Below are positions 48,935 to 62,507 of a DNA stretch of 64,000 bases, in pieces. A program made the translations under genes and the position numbers. The stretch is from Heterodontus francisci (lineage: Eukaryota), in contig NC_090383.1 of NCBI RefSeq assembly GCF_036365525.1, positions 83,565,123 through 83,629,122 of the forward strand, given 5' to 3'. Every line of letters begins with the position of its first letter. The first letter of the stretch is position 1. The notes under the pieces are model-generated. The model made no database searches, had not been told where the DNA came from, and worked only from the letters and a program-made list of their open reading frames with translations.

Positions 48935-51092
48935 TGGCAAATCAAGTTAAGGGATAGGTCAATAGAGATGCAGTGGCAGACATTTAAGGAGATATTTCAG
49001 AATACACAGAATAGATACATTTCAACAAGAAAGAAAAATTCCAAGGGTGGGACCCGCCATCTGTGATTAACTAAACCAGTTAAAGATAGTATCAAACTTA
49101 AAGAAAAAGCATATAATTGCACAAAGATGGGAGACAGGTCAGAAGATTGGACAGAATATTAAAAAAAACAAAGAATGACTAACAGATTGATAAGGAAGGT
49201 AAAGTTAGAGTGCGAGGGAAAGCTAGCTAGAAATATAAAGACGGATAGTAAGAGTTTCTATAGATATTTAAAAAAGAAAAGAGTTAACAAAGTGAGCGTT
49301 GGTCCTATAAAAAATGAGTCTGGGGAATTAATAATGGATAATAAGGAGATGGCAGATGAATTGAACAGATATCTTGCATCGATCTTCACTATTGAGGATA
49401 CAAGTAATATCCCAATATTAGCTGTAAGTCAGAAAATGGAAGGGAGGGAGGAACTCAAGAAAATTACAATCACCAGGTAAGTGGTGCTGAGCAAATTGTT
49501 GGAACTGTGTGCTGACAAGTCCCCGGGTCCTGATGGACTTCATCCTAGGGTGTTGAAAGAAGTGGCGAGTGAGATAGTTGATGCGTTAGTTTTAATTTTC
49601 CAAAATTCCCTAGATTCGGGGAACGTTCCGTTAGATTGGAAAATAGTGAATGTAACTCCTTTATTCAAAAAGGGAGGGAGACAGAAAGCAGGAAACTACA
49701 TGCCAGTTAGCTTAACATCTGTCTTAGGGAAAATGTTAGAAGCTATTATCGAAGAATGTTATAGCAGGGCATTTAGAAAAATTCAAGGTAATCAGGCAGA
49801 ATCAGCACAGTTTTGTGAAAGGGAAATCATGCTTAACCAATTTATTGGAGTTCTTTGAGGGAGTTACATGCGCTGTGGATAAAGGGGAACTGGTGGATGT
49901 ATTGTAGTTAGATTTCCAAAAGGCATTTCATAAGGTGCCACATCAAAGGTTATTGAAGAAAATAAAAGTTCATGGTGTAGGGGGTAACATATTGGCATGG
50001 ATAGAAGATTGGTCAGCTAACAGGAAACAGAGAGTAGGCATAAATGGGTCCCTTTCTGGTTGGCAAGATGTAACGAGTGGTGTGCCACAGGGATCTGTGC
50101 TGGGGCCTCAACTTTTTACAATTGATATAAATGACTTAGATGAAGAGACGAAGGTATGGTTGCTAAATTTGCTGATGACACAAAGACAGGTAGGGAAGTA
50201 AGTTGTGAAGAGGACATAAGGAGGCTACAAAGGGATATAGATAGGTTAAGTGAGTGGGCAAAGACCTGGCAAATGAAGTATAGTGTGGGAAAGTGGGAAA
50301 TTGTTCACTTTGGCAGGAAGAATAAAAAAGAAGCATATTATCTAAACGGTGAGAGATTGCAGAGCTCTGAGATGCAGAAGGATCTGGGTGTCCTAGTGCA
50401 TGAATCGCAAAAGGTTAGTGTGCAGGTACAGCATATAATTAGGAAAGCTAATAGAATGTTACTGTTTATCACGAGGGGAATTGATTACAAAAGTAGGGAC
50501 GTTATGCTTCAGGTATACAGGGCATTGGTGAGACCACACCTGGAGTACTGTGCATAGTACTGGTCACCTTCTTTAAGGAAGGATGTAAATGCGTTGGAAG
50601 CAGTACAGAGAAGGTTTACCAGACTAATACCTGAAATGGATAGGCTGTCCTATGAGGAAAAATTGGACAGGCTAGGCTTGTATCCACTGGAATTTAGAAG
50701 AGTAAGAGGTGACTTGGTTGAAACATGTAAGATTCTGAGGGGTCTTCACAGGGTGGATGTGGAAAGGATGTTTCCCCTTGTGGGAGAATCTCGAACCAGG
50801 GGTCACTGTTTAAAAATAAGGGGTCACCCATATAAGACAGAGATGAGGAGAAATTTTTTCTCTCAGAGGATTGTGAGTCTTTGGAATTCTGTTCCTCAAA
50901 AGACGGTGGAAGCAGAGCCTTTGAATATTTTTAAGGCAGAGGTAGATAGATTCTTCATAAGCAAGGGTGTGTAAGGTTATCGGGGGTAGATGGAAATATG
51001 GAGTAATCAGTTCAGCCATAAACTTATTGAATGGCAGAGCAGGCTCGAAAGGCCAAGTGGCCTACTCCTGCTCCTAATTCGTATGTTCGTAT
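48935..51092 (+). mobile_element. Decayed CR1 LINE (RT region and 3' end)
   Basis: Fragmented ORFs 49175-50974 with [16 protein letters not shown] and KFADD motifs; (TTCGTATG)n tail. Confidence 0.9.
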
Positions 51093-53497
51093 GAAGGGTG
51101 AAAATCTGACATCGACATGGCAGGCAGGCAATTAAGGTAGTTAAGAGGCCTATTGACAGCGACTCTATTCACAGTTCTCGGCGCTCAGGAATCACGAGGC
51201 TTCAGAGCCTCGACTGGTAGAGGGAGGCAACATGGAGGTGGGAATGCATTGCTAGCTGCAAAGGGAGGCCATCAAGAGAGACAGCATCAATTGCAAGGCA
51301 GCGTGGAAAATGGAGGTAATCCGGAATAGTCTGAGGGGGTGGTAGCAAAGATCCCAGATATGCACGAATATCCTGCAGACACTGAGTGCTCTACTAGATA
51401 TGGATCTCCAGGACAGCCGCCAATCTCTCAATAGAGGATGCCACCTCGTGCACCAGTCAGAGACAGTGCAGCACTCAAGACCTGGACAGACTCCTCCATT
51501 GTCAGATTTTGGGAACGTATAGCCTCGAGCATTTCTGTCAGATGTTGCCTGACCTCTCGCTGCAGCTGCAGCATTTCCCATGATGTTGATGACAACAGAG
51601 GCAAGTTATGAGTCTGGGCTCAGCATGAGCCTGGCCTTCCACAGCACTCCGACTGACAGAGACCTAGGCTGCCACATCCTCCGTCACCTGCTCAGTTGTA
51701 TCGTACTGTGCCCACTAGGTTGTGTGCCCGAATCTAACCATGAACACATACCCACCGATGTAAGAATATCTGTGCTGGTGGAGGGTACGGGTCTCTGAGG
51801 TGATGGTGGACCCTCTGAGACTCAGTCCTCTCCCTCAAAGGCAGCAGGGTCTCCCACAGTCCCTGCAGCCCTTTGTTGATGTTATACATGACCTGCATGA
51901 GAGAACAGAGACACTGAAGAGTCTAGAGCCTCCCCTCCCACCATAGCAAACACACCAATGGTGGAGATCCCTGTAAACACCAGATGTCTCATGAGCAGCA
52001 TCATTCCAAATGCATCCTAGTGCCTCATGGCAACCTTACTTATTGTCTTGGGAAGGTACCCTTGTCTCTCCATCGCAACGTACCGTCCATTCTGCAGCCA
52101 TGCTAGCTCCATGGTCTCCTGCTCTATTGAGCTCAGTAGATGGAGATATGGCAGTCCATTGTCAGTCTTGGCCCGCTCTCTGCAATTGTGTGCTATCTTC
52201 TCCCAGAGACTCAAAGGTGAGTGTTGTTGGCCTTCCAGTGGGGACAAGCCCAAGACATGTGATGGTGGTAGTCCAGCGGTTACTGATGGGAGCACACAGA
52301 TGCCTCCTGCCTGCAGCCCCTTGCCAAGGGCTTTGTGGGAGTTTTCAGTAAGAAATGATATCCTTTTACTCCATTTAGCCATGCCTCAGGCAGCCTGTCT
52401 TCACTCTTTGACCTTTTGCTCACAACTGGGTGGGCACTTCCTCTCCACCCAACACACCCACCTAATCTTGTAGTATAAGGATCTGATAGAGTTAATGTTT
52501 GGGACAGTGTAAGGAATACCTCCCACCATAATGATGTAAGCGATCACATGTGAAAGAGACTGGAGGGAGATGCAGTGTGGCTTCAGAGGAGACACAAAGA
52601 CTGTGCAAAGCTTGACATAGTTAGAATTGTCATGAAAATGTGCTATGCCAAATGATGATTTTTAATTCATTGGTTGGAAATCTAAATTAAACTCTTAAAA
52701 AGGAAAGCTGGAATCTGAAATTCAACTTTTAAAAAGACAGCAGCCAAGATGGCCACTGCTATTTGCATTGAACCACCTCACATTCCGAAGTGTCAAGGTG
52801 GAGTTGCATATCTGACTAGCCCTATCCAGAACAATGGCTTGAGTGGTTTGAATTGCTTTCATTAGAAAGGTTCGAACCCTGTCTGCGGGCTGCAAAACAT
52901 CCAAGTCTATCATTGATGCAAACAGAAACTCCAGGGGGAAAACCATCGACATCACTGTCTCCAAGAAAGCACTGAATCACATGGCCACCTCAACCAACAA
53001 GGAACTTCAGGACCACAAATTCAGCTGGAAGATAATTGAATTACCAGACTCCACAGACTGTATATTATTTTATTTGTTCTGGACTGTAATCCAACCAATC
53101 TATTCTTCATCATGCTGAAACCTAGTTGTGTGTGTGTGCCTTTAATGAACCTGAAAGGTATAATAAAGCTGATTTTTAAAATCGCTGCACAAATTGATAT
53201 AATGTAGAAAGTTTATGACCGTCTGACTCTTTGTGCGACATTTTTGATTAAAACGTCATCTGTTTAGAGACATAGTCAAAAATAAACACAGTTCCAGCTG
53301 TTTCCATTGGTTTGCAAGTCAAGTTTTTTATGTGAACGGAATTGACCCTCTTGACATGAGTAGAGTGGCGGTAAGGAGAGGAGCGGCCGCTGGCCACAGG
53401 GACTAACAGCAGCTGTGATTTTGAAACGCGAGCTTTGAGCCTAGGCGGCCGCTGCCGTTACCCAGGTTTCCTGGCGTTCAGGCAGTCCCGGGCAACC

Positions 53498-53695
53498 ATG
53501 ATGTTGGCGCTGAGAGGCCGCTCGCTGGTTGGAAAGCTGCGTGCAGCTGGCGGGCGGCACCGGTTATCGGTTGCCAGCGGCAGCTCCAGCCACGGGAAGA
53601 ACAAGTTTCGGGAGACAGTGTTGTTACCCCGCACTGACTTCCCCATGAGACCGAGCGGCAAGGAGCTGCTGGAGAAGGAGCTGCAGATCCAGAGG
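53498..53695 (+). CDS. IARS2: Mitochondrial isoleucyl-tRNA synthetase, coding exon 1 with mitochondrial presequence
   Basis: accATG start. Arg-rich, acid-free N-terminus MMLALRGRSLVGKLRAAGGRHRL followed by conserved FRETVLLPRTDFPM. AGG|gtatgg donor; CpG island. Confidence 0.88.
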
Positions 53696-53814
53696 GTATG
53701 GCCACACGGGCGGAGGGGGACAGCAAACCGGCTGATCCTGCGAGTTAGAAAGGGATTCATGGTGCAAACCAGTGATAGCCCCACTCTTCCTGGCCGAACT
53801 CACCGCCGCTCCTC

Positions 53815-54420
53815 CCCGAGGCCATATTCACTGGCCTTCCCCCTCCCCTCCCCTCCCCTCCCCCAGGCCATATTCACTGACCTCTCCCCTCCCCCCCCCC
53901 CTCCCCCAGGCCATATTCACTGACCTCCCCCTCCCCTCCCCCCTCCCCCCACCCCTTCCCCTCCCCGAGGCCATACTCTGACCCCCTCCTCCCTCCCAAC
54001 CTGAGGCCATACTCACTGACCCTCCTCCGGGCCATACTCACTGACCCCCCCCCCCCCTTTCCAGGCAATTCTCACTGATCCAACCCCTCCCCCAGGCCAT
54101 ACTCACTGACCCCCCCCCCCCCCCCCCCAGGCCATACTCATACCCTTTCTCCTCCCCCCCCCTGCCCCCCATTCTAGGCCATACTCACTGAACCTGCTCC
54201 CCGCAGTCATACTCACTTAAACCCCACTCGCACTCCCCTCCTCCAGGCCATACTCAGAACCCCCCCCACCACGTTCCAGGCTATTATCACTGACCCAACC
54301 CCCCCCCCCCCCCCCCCCCCAGGCCATTGTCGCTGACCCGACCCCCCCCCCCTTCCTCCAGGCCATACTCAGACCCTTTCTCCACCCCCTTCCAGGCCAT
54401 ACTCACTGACCACCCCCCCC
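53815..54420 (+). repeat. C-rich minisatellite in IARS2 intron 1, unit CCAGGCCATA(C/T)TCACTGAC plus a C-rich spacer, about 15 copies
   Basis: Directly visible tandem recurrence at about 25-50 bp spacing; the minus strand is G-run rich (G-quadruplex potential). Confidence 0.9.
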
Positions 54421-55436
54421 CACCCACCCAATCCTGCATCCACACCTTCACACCAACAGGTATGGCAGGTTGTCATCAGGTATGCACTGTGTAAGCTGAT
54501 TCCATGCTTGTGGGTGGTGTTGCCAAGGGGATGGGATCTCAATAATGATCAAAGGAGGACAAGAATGGATGTGTATCACTTGATGTGACTAAACTCGAGG
54601 AGATACTGAGAAAATGTTGGAGACCTTATTGCTGGAGGCAGGTTTGAAACCTGATTGGAGGGAATTTAAAGTGAATGGTGAATAAGGTTTGTGTGTTGGA
54701 CTTGGCATTGATGCGTTTAATTTGAGAGGAAAGGCATTTTGAGAGCTTTGCAGTTTGAAAAGCACGGCTTTTCAAGAATGCATCTGAACAGCATTTTTGA
54801 AGGTGGTGGAGATGATACCAGAGGATAGAGAGGTGCTAAAAAGGGAATTTAAATTTCCTTTGAATGCTATCAGTTATTGTATTATTAAATAATGAAAATG
54901 CTCTGATTATGCTTCCAGACATACAAGAACATTTGTGGGAGCAAAAAGCTAAACTTTTTCAAAATATTTATTATATATAACTATGTCTGAGCATATATTG
55001 CCTTTCAGGGTTTACTGTTATATTCCTGTGTTTACATTTATAAGAAACTGCCTCTGTTAATATATGCTGTATTTATCAATGGAGATACTGCAATGCCACT
55101 GCTGTCAGAAGGGTGTAATAACAAGTTTGCATATTAAATTTTTAAGTATTTATAAGGATCTAGGAGTTGTAATGGAAATATAAAAAAAGACTGAATGATG
55201 TCTCTGTCATAAGTCAATCAGCCCATGCCCTCTAACCTACTTCACGTGAAGAAAACATTTGATCTTTACTTCTGTGTGCCATACCATAAAGAATTGACTA
55301 CTGGTGCGGTAACTAAGCGGAATGATGAACCAGTGCAGAATTCCTTTTCTCATGTTTAGCCACTCTGTTGAAAAATTTCTCAGTGGTCTCCTTTATTTTG
55401 AGTTTAAATGTATCGTAAATTGACAAGATATTGTAA

Positions 55437-55697
<261 letters not shown>

Positions 55698-55802
55698 TGA
55701 TAGTGTAATTTAAAAAAAGTAATATGTATGCATGTAAATGAAATAAACTTGACTTGTTATATTCTATGGATTTTCATTACGTTCTGATTTCCCTAACTGC
55801 AG

Positions 55803-55962
55803 ATACTAAAGGATATCACAAATAGGTTTCAGATGATGAGAGGTTCCAGAGTCCACTTTGTACCAGGCTGGGATTGTCATGGGTTGCCTATTGAACTAAG
55901 AGCATTAGCAGAATGTGGTGAAGAAGCCAAAACACTTTCTCCTGTGGAGATCAGACAAAAAG
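55803..55962 (+). CDS. IARS2: IARS2 exon 3 ([34 protein letters not shown]...EIRQK)
   Basis: cag|ATA...G|gtaatt, 160 nt; [11 protein letters not shown] IleRS signature. Confidence 0.97.
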
Positions 55963-57270
55963 GTAATTTTCTCGATGGCATCAATTAATTCTATTACCTG
56001 AATGCTGTATTGCCTTAGAGTCATAGGTCTCGTTATTTACCAGTGTTGTAAGCCATTCGAACTGCAACTTCTTGAAACAAATTCAAGACACTAACCTTTA
56101 AAAATAACTTAATTGTGATCAGCTTGAGCAATAGTATGTGTGAATTTTGTCTTCATCACACATACTGTGTTTGGAGGGTTTTTTGAGTTTTACTTTTATA
56201 AATTTCTAATGCGTTGACTTTCACTCTTTTGACTCAGATTTGGTAAATGGAAAAACCATTGCTCTTTCTTACTTACTCACTCACTAGTAGGGGAGTGAAA
56301 GAACTGATGTGAAGAAGTGCAAAAATTCCAATTCACCCATAGATTATTTTTAATTTTCTAATCAGTTTTCTTCCTTCTCAAGGCATTGACTCCTTCCGTG
56401 ATATAGTTCAACAGGTATGACAGGTATTTTGTCCATGTGTGAAACTTGACTGTTGGTGTTGGCTGGCTGTTCCATTTGTGGCATCAGAGCCAAACCTAAA
56501 GTTTTCCTCGTGATGTGCACACGTGTTTCCAGCAGGATTCTTTGGATGATGATGAGAAGCATGAACTCAGCTTTTCATCAGCCCTGAATCCAATTGTGAC
56601 CTCAACTCTCCATCTGAGATTAGAGAATAACCAAGATCAGTGATGATCCTTTTTTGGCAATCTGTGGTTTAACTCTTTTTATTCTGACCCATTAGGGAAG
56701 TCCCAATGCAGAAATGTTTGATCGATGATATGTGTACATTGTCAGTTGAGTGTGAAGCCTGTAATTTAATTGAGAAGTTTCTTTGTCAGTTCCGAAAACC
56801 TAAATTATACCGTTCTTGAGAAGGTTGGTTTCTATTCTGACAATTTGAATATGACATCAGTTATTGTGATGATGCAAATAAGAAAATTGAGAGGGGGATG
56901 CATAGAATTGGCCCTGTGGCAAAGTGAAAGCTAGACTGAATGAAGGCAGTAACACTGACTATTGCATCCTTCCATTTTTATCCTTAAGCAACAAAAATTC
57001 TGACTTAACTTAATATGAATACAAGTGTTTGGAGGGATCTTGGTTAGAACAATAGCATATGGAAACCTCATGGCAGCTGAAAAGCTTTTGCAGCAATGGT
57101 AAAGTTAGAGTTTGAATGCATCCTTACTTTCAGTTTTTCTTCGAGAGGGATCCAGCTCCCTGCCCTACCATGTGACGTTTGAAATTAGCCCTGAGGAGAA
57201 TTGCCGGAGGGTTAAGTTACACACAAATATACATTGTTCAAAAATATTTCATACTGTTTTTGTCTTCTAG

Positions 57271-57419
57271 CCAGAGAATTTGCAGAAAGAACAATTGAAC
57301 GCCAACGAGCAGCATTCATTCGATGGGGTGTGATGGCAGATTGGAATAACTGTTATTACACTATTGACAAACAATATGAAGCCAAACAATTACAAGTTTT
57401 CCACAAAATGTTTGACAAG
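57271..57419 (+). CDS. IARS2: IARS2 exon 4 ([31 protein letters not shown]...MFDK)
   Basis: tag|CC...AAG|gtatct, 149 nt. Confidence 0.96.
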
Positions 57420-57495
57420 GTATCTTACTGTTCTTGATTGTTAAATATTGCCAAATGCTTGATAAGATTCTAATTTTCCTTCTCTTTGCCTTAAG

Positions 57496-57545
57496 GGTTA
57501 TATTTATCAAGATTACAAACCTGTATTTTGGTCTCCTTCCACAAG
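57496..57545 (+). CDS. IARS2: IARS2 exon 5 (GYIYQDYKPVFWSPST-R)
   Basis: aag|GGT...AG|gtttgt, 50 nt; KPVFWSP motif. Confidence 0.94.
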
Positions 57546-57633
57546 GTTTGTAATTTATTTCATTGCAAGTCCCTTTGAACTTTAAGTTATTTTTCATTTG
57601 ATGAAATGACAAAGTTGTCATTTATCTATGCAG

Positions 57634-57743
57634 GACAGCCCTGGCTGAAGCTGAACTTGAGTACAATGAACAGCATATTAGTCGATCAGTATATGTCAAG
57701 TTTCCTCTGATAAAGACCCCCTCTGGATTGACTTCAGCATCAG
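57634..57743 (+). CDS. IARS2: IARS2 exon 6 ([25 protein letters not shown]...)
   Basis: cag|G...G|gtagac, 110 nt; TALAEAE motif. Confidence 0.96.
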
Positions 57744-58787
57744 GTAGACTGCTGGTTACAAATTTATAATTGTTGAGTTTAAAGTTTTGATTCAGGTGCA
57801 GCTTATTGACGTATCAGTGTATTAACTCTGAATGGAAAAAATGTAGGTAGAAGGGAGAATTGTTTTTGGGTAACTGCTTTTGTGGCCTTCTGTATAAAGG
57901 AGTATTTATAGATAGACTAAATGTTTATCAATACTAAGTCACAGATGAATGGCCTGACAACACTCCAGTTGTCTAAACTCTCACTTGAACATCAATTTGA
58001 TAAAAGTATTGGAGGGCTGAAAGTACCTGTCAAATATTTCCTTAAAAACTGCACCTCGCACTTGTTATTTTAAGATCAATCTTAATGGAACTAAACAGCT
58101 AGTTTTTCGTGGTTTGGTAGCTGGAGGGGTGCTGAAATTGTGCTTTGTGTCCCTTGGCTTGGAGGGAAATAGTAGCCAGGATCCCCTCTTGATCATTATC
58201 TGTTGAGCCCTGCTGAAAAGTGTAGATGTTATGGATATTGGATGTGGTCAAAATCTGACTTGGCTGCTATGGACTTTCACAGCTGAACAGAATACTGATC
58301 TTCTCCCTTTGGACTCATACTTGATGAATGACCAGTTGAATGGGGTGCATAATGACTGTCAGCACTTAAGATACACTTTCCTCTTTTCCCTAACCACACT
58401 GCTGAATTTGAGTCACTACGTTTGAGGAGAGGAAAAATTGGGAGGGGATAGGTATCTTGTGATACTGTGTTTACAAAATGTGTTATTTAATTAATGTGAT
58501 TTTAAAGTTATATTCTGAACAGAGCATGAAAGGTATGGAGTCATCTGTTAATGTCTCGAGTTGTCGTCAATTTTCTCAAGACAAGATGGTTAGCAAAATA
58601 CATTATTTTTGTCCATAGCTTTGAAGAATAATGCAAAGCATTTGATAAGTTAACAGTTATCAGAAAATACTTCTCAGTGGGAAAAGTAAAATTTAACTTG
58701 CCTATATGAGAGATCTGTTCTAATATCAGGTGAGGATAAATGTTTGCCTTTTTTATTTTGTCATAAAAGAATTATTTTATCTTGCAG

Positions 58788-58878
58788 ACAATGTATCCTC
58801 TGTTCATGCATTGATCTGGACAACCCAGCCTTGGACGATTCCAGCAAACCAGGCAGTTTGTTACATGCCAAATACCCA
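58788..58878 (+). CDS. IARS2: IARS2 exon 7 ([30 protein letters not shown]); gene continues beyond the right edge
   Basis: cag|AC...CA|gtaagt, 91 nt; [11 protein letters not shown] motif of the CP1 editing domain. Confidence 0.96.
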
Positions 58879-58974
58879 GTAAGTTCTTATATTTAAAAAT
58901 TGCCATATTAAAACAGTGCTGTATCTCCTTGAATAGACACAGCTGTATCTTGTGACAAAAGTAAATAATCAAGG

Positions 58975-61900
58975 TGTCACAGAATCACAATCATTATAGT
59001 GCAGAAGGAGGCTATTCAGCCCATCGTGTCTGCACTGGCTCTCCGAAAGAGCAATTCCCTCACTTCCATTCCTTAGCCTTCTTCCCAAAACCCCGCACAC
59101 TCTTCCTTTTCATATAAATGTCGAAGTTCCTTTTGAATGCTTCAATTGGACCTGCCTCCACCATGTTCTCAGGCAGTGCATTCCAGATTTTAACCACTCG
59201 CTGCGTGAAAAAGTTTTTCCTTATGTCACTTTTGCTTCGCTTATCAAATAATTAAATCTGTGCTCTCGTTCTCTATCCTTTCACGGGTGGGAACAGTTTC
59301 TCTCTATCTACTCTGTTCAGACCCTTCATGATTTTGAATACCTCTATCAAATCACCTCTCAGCCTTTTCTTCTCCAAGGACAAGGAAAACAGTCCTAACT
59401 TCTCCAATCTATCTTCATAACTGAAACTCCTTATCCCTGGAACCATTCTCTGGAATCTCTCCTGTACTCTTTCCAATGTCGTCACATCTTGCCTAAAGTG
59501 CAGCGTCCAGAACTAGACGTAGTACTGCAGCTGAGGCCGAACTAGTGTCTTATACAAGTTCAACATAACTTATTTTTTAAAATTTATTTAGAGATACAGC
59601 ACTGAAACAGGCCCTTCGGCCCACCAAGTCTGTGCCGACCAACAACCACCCATTTATACTAATCCTACATTAATCCCATATTCCCTACCAGGATCCCCAT
59701 CATTCTCCAACACCTACCTGTACTAGGGGCAATTTACAATGGCCAATTTACCTATCAACCTGCAAGTCTTTGGCTGTGGGAGGAAACCGGAGCACCTGGC
59801 GGAAACCCACTCGGTCACAGGGAGAACTTGCAAACTCCACACAGGCAGTACCCAGAACTGAACCCGGGTCGCTGGAGCTGTGAGGCTGCAGTGCTAACCA
59901 CTGCACCGCAACTTCATTGCTCTTGTACTCTATGCCTCTATTAATAAAGCCCAGGACACTATATGCTTTATTAGCCCTCTCTCAACCTGTCTTGCCACCT
60001 TCAATGACTTATGCACATATACACCTAGGTCCCTCTGCTCCTGCACCCCTTTAGAATTGTACCCTTTATTCTATATTGTCTGTCCATGTTCTTCCTACCA
60101 AAATGAATCACTTCATATTTCTCTGCATTGGACTTCATCTGCCACCTGTTTGCCCATTCCACCAACTTGTTTATGTCCTTTTGAAGTTCTACACTATCCT
60201 CCTCACAGTTTGCAATGTTTCCAAGTTTTGTATCATCTGCAAACTTTGAAATTGTGCCATGTACACCAAGGTCTAGGTCATTAATATATATCCGGAAAAG
60301 CAAGGGTCTCAACACTGATCCCTGGGGAACTCCACTACAGACCTTCCTCCAGCCCGAAAAACATCCATTAACCACTACTCTTTGTTTCCTGTCACTCAGC
60401 CAATTTTGTATCCATGTTGCTCCTGTCCCTTTTATTCCATGAGCTGCAACGTTGCTCACATGTCTGTTGTGTGGCACTGTATCAAACGCCTTTTGAAAGT
60501 CCATGTCCACCACATCAACAGCATTGTCCTCATCAACCCTCTTTGTTACTGCCTCAAAAACTCCAAGTTATTTAAACATGATTTTCCCTTAAGAAATCCA
60601 TGCTAGCTTTCCTTAATTAACTCGCATTTGTCCATGTGACTATTGATTTTGTCCGGAATTATTTTTCCGACAAGTTTTCCCACCACCAAAGTTAAACTGA
60701 CTGGCCTGTGGTTGCTGGGCTTATCCTAACACCCTTTTTTGAACAAGGGTATAACGTTTGCAATTCTCCTGTCCTCTGGCACCACCCTTGAGTCTAAGGA
60801 AGACTGAAAAACTATGGCCAGTGCCTCTGTGATTTCCACCCTCACTTCCCTCAGTATCGTTTGATGCATCTCATCTGGTCCTGGTGTTTTATCCACTTTA
60901 AGTGCGGACAGCCTATCTAGTACTTCCTCTTTATCAATTTTAAACCGCTCTAGTGTCTGACGTACCTCCTCTTTCAACATTACCTGGGTTGCTGCATCTT
61001 TCTTGGTAAAGATAGATGCAAAGTATTCATTTAGTACCTCAGCTATGCCCTCTGCCTCCATGTGTAAATCTCCCTTCTGGTCCATAATTAGCCCCACTCC
61101 TCCTATTACCACCATTTTATTATTTGTATGCCTGTAGAAAACTTTGGGATTTCCTTTTAATGCTAGCTGCCAGTCTCTTTTCATGCTCTCTCTTTGCTTC
61201 TCTTATTTGCTTTTTCACTTCCCCTCTGGACCTTCTATATTCAGCCTGGTTCTCAATAGTATTTTCTATCTGGCATCTATCATATGCACACTTTTTCTTC
61301 TTTATCTTAATCTCTACCTCTTTTGTCATCCAGGGAGCTCTGGATTTGCTTGTACTACTTTTTCCCCCTTGAGGGAACTTACTTTGACTGTGCTCAAAGT
61401 ATCTCTTCTTTGAAGGTAGCCAGGTTTTCCTGCCAACATTTGACTCCAATTTATTTGCCCTAGCTCCATTCTTACCCCATTGAAGTTGGCCTTCCCCCAG
61501 TTCATTATTCATACCCTGGATTGCTCTTTGTCCTTTTCCATAGTCAGCCGAAACCTTATGATACAATGATCACTATTCCCTAAATGCTCTCCGACTGATA
61601 TTTGATCCACTTGGTCCACCTCATTCCCAAGAACCAGTTCTAGCCTGCTTTCTTGTTGGACTAGCAATATGCTGTCGTAGAAGGTTTTCCTGAACAGACT
61701 CTCGGAACTCTTGCCCCTCATGGCCCTTTACACTATTATCCCAGTCTATGCTTTGATAATTAAAGTCCCCCATTATAACTACCCTATAATTTTTGCACCT
61801 CTCTGTTATTTCCTTGCAAATTTGTTCCTCCACGTCCTTTCCACTAGCTGGTGGCCTATAAACAACATCGAGCAATCTAACAGCACCTTTTTTGTTCCTT

Positions 61901-62345
61901 AGCTCTAGCCAAATCGATTCTGTTCTCGACTCTTCTGGGACATCCTTTTTCTCCAGCACTGCAATACTGTCCTTAATATGGCTACCCATCCCCCTTTTTT
62001 CCCTTTCCTATCTTTCCTGAACACCATGTATCCAGGAATATTTAACATCCAGTCTTGTCCTTCTTTGAGCCAGGTCTCTGTTACTGCCGCAACATCACAT
62101 TTCCACATGGCAATCTGCACCTGTACCTCACCAGTCTTATTAACCACACTCCGTGCATTCACATACATGCACATTAACCCTGATTCAGACTTTATTACTT
62201 TCTCCCTTACTCTGAACCTACCTAATAACTTACTATTCTCTACTCTCATGCTGTCTTTCTCCCCCAGTATTCTGTGCTCCTTGGTATTCCTCTCTGATAC
62301 TTGCTCCTGGTTCCCACACCACTGACAAGTTACCAGATTTGCTTC
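58975..62345 (-). mobile_element. Decayed CR1 LINE spanning APE and RT, interrupted by a V-SINE
   Basis: Minus-strand ORFs 59273-62249 with YVNARS, VTETWL, MGDFN, SDH, PQGS and KFADD motifs. Confidence 0.9.
59585..59910 (-). mobile_element. HE1-type V-SINE nested in CR1
   Basis: Reverse complement of 25380-25727. Confidence 0.87.
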
Positions 62346-62507
62346 CTTCCAATCTGAGCTCCCTCTCAGGTTCCCATCCCCCTGATGGGAAAGGTGTTGT
62401 TTACTTCTAGCTTGGAACTATCCACAATCTAATCCAAGTTCCCTGATCTAACAACATTTAAATTCTGAACGACCTGAGCCTCTGATACAGAGCAACACTT
62501 TGACTTT

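Noticed and set aside
51100-52620. Cluster of 100-150 aa ORFs between BPNT1 and IARS2 (similar-looking region at 34700-35950)
   Set aside because: No recognisable domain or consistent splice structure. Probably decayed DNA-transposon interior, but I cannot assign a family from sequence alone.
52640-53170. Possible LTR remnant just upstream of the IARS2 promoter
   Set aside because: Composition is suggestive, but I found no paired TG...CA termini, TSD or clear second copy in the window.
53435-53923. 162-aa ORF as a single-exon or N-terminally extended IARS2
   Set aside because: It starts at a TTG and runs past the exon 1 donor into the intronic minisatellite. The ATG at 53498 has a good context and gives a plausible presequence.
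53815-54420. CRISPR-like repeat-spacer array
   Set aside because: Eukaryotic intron; spacers are low-complexity C runs of variable length, repeats are degenerate and no cas genes are present.
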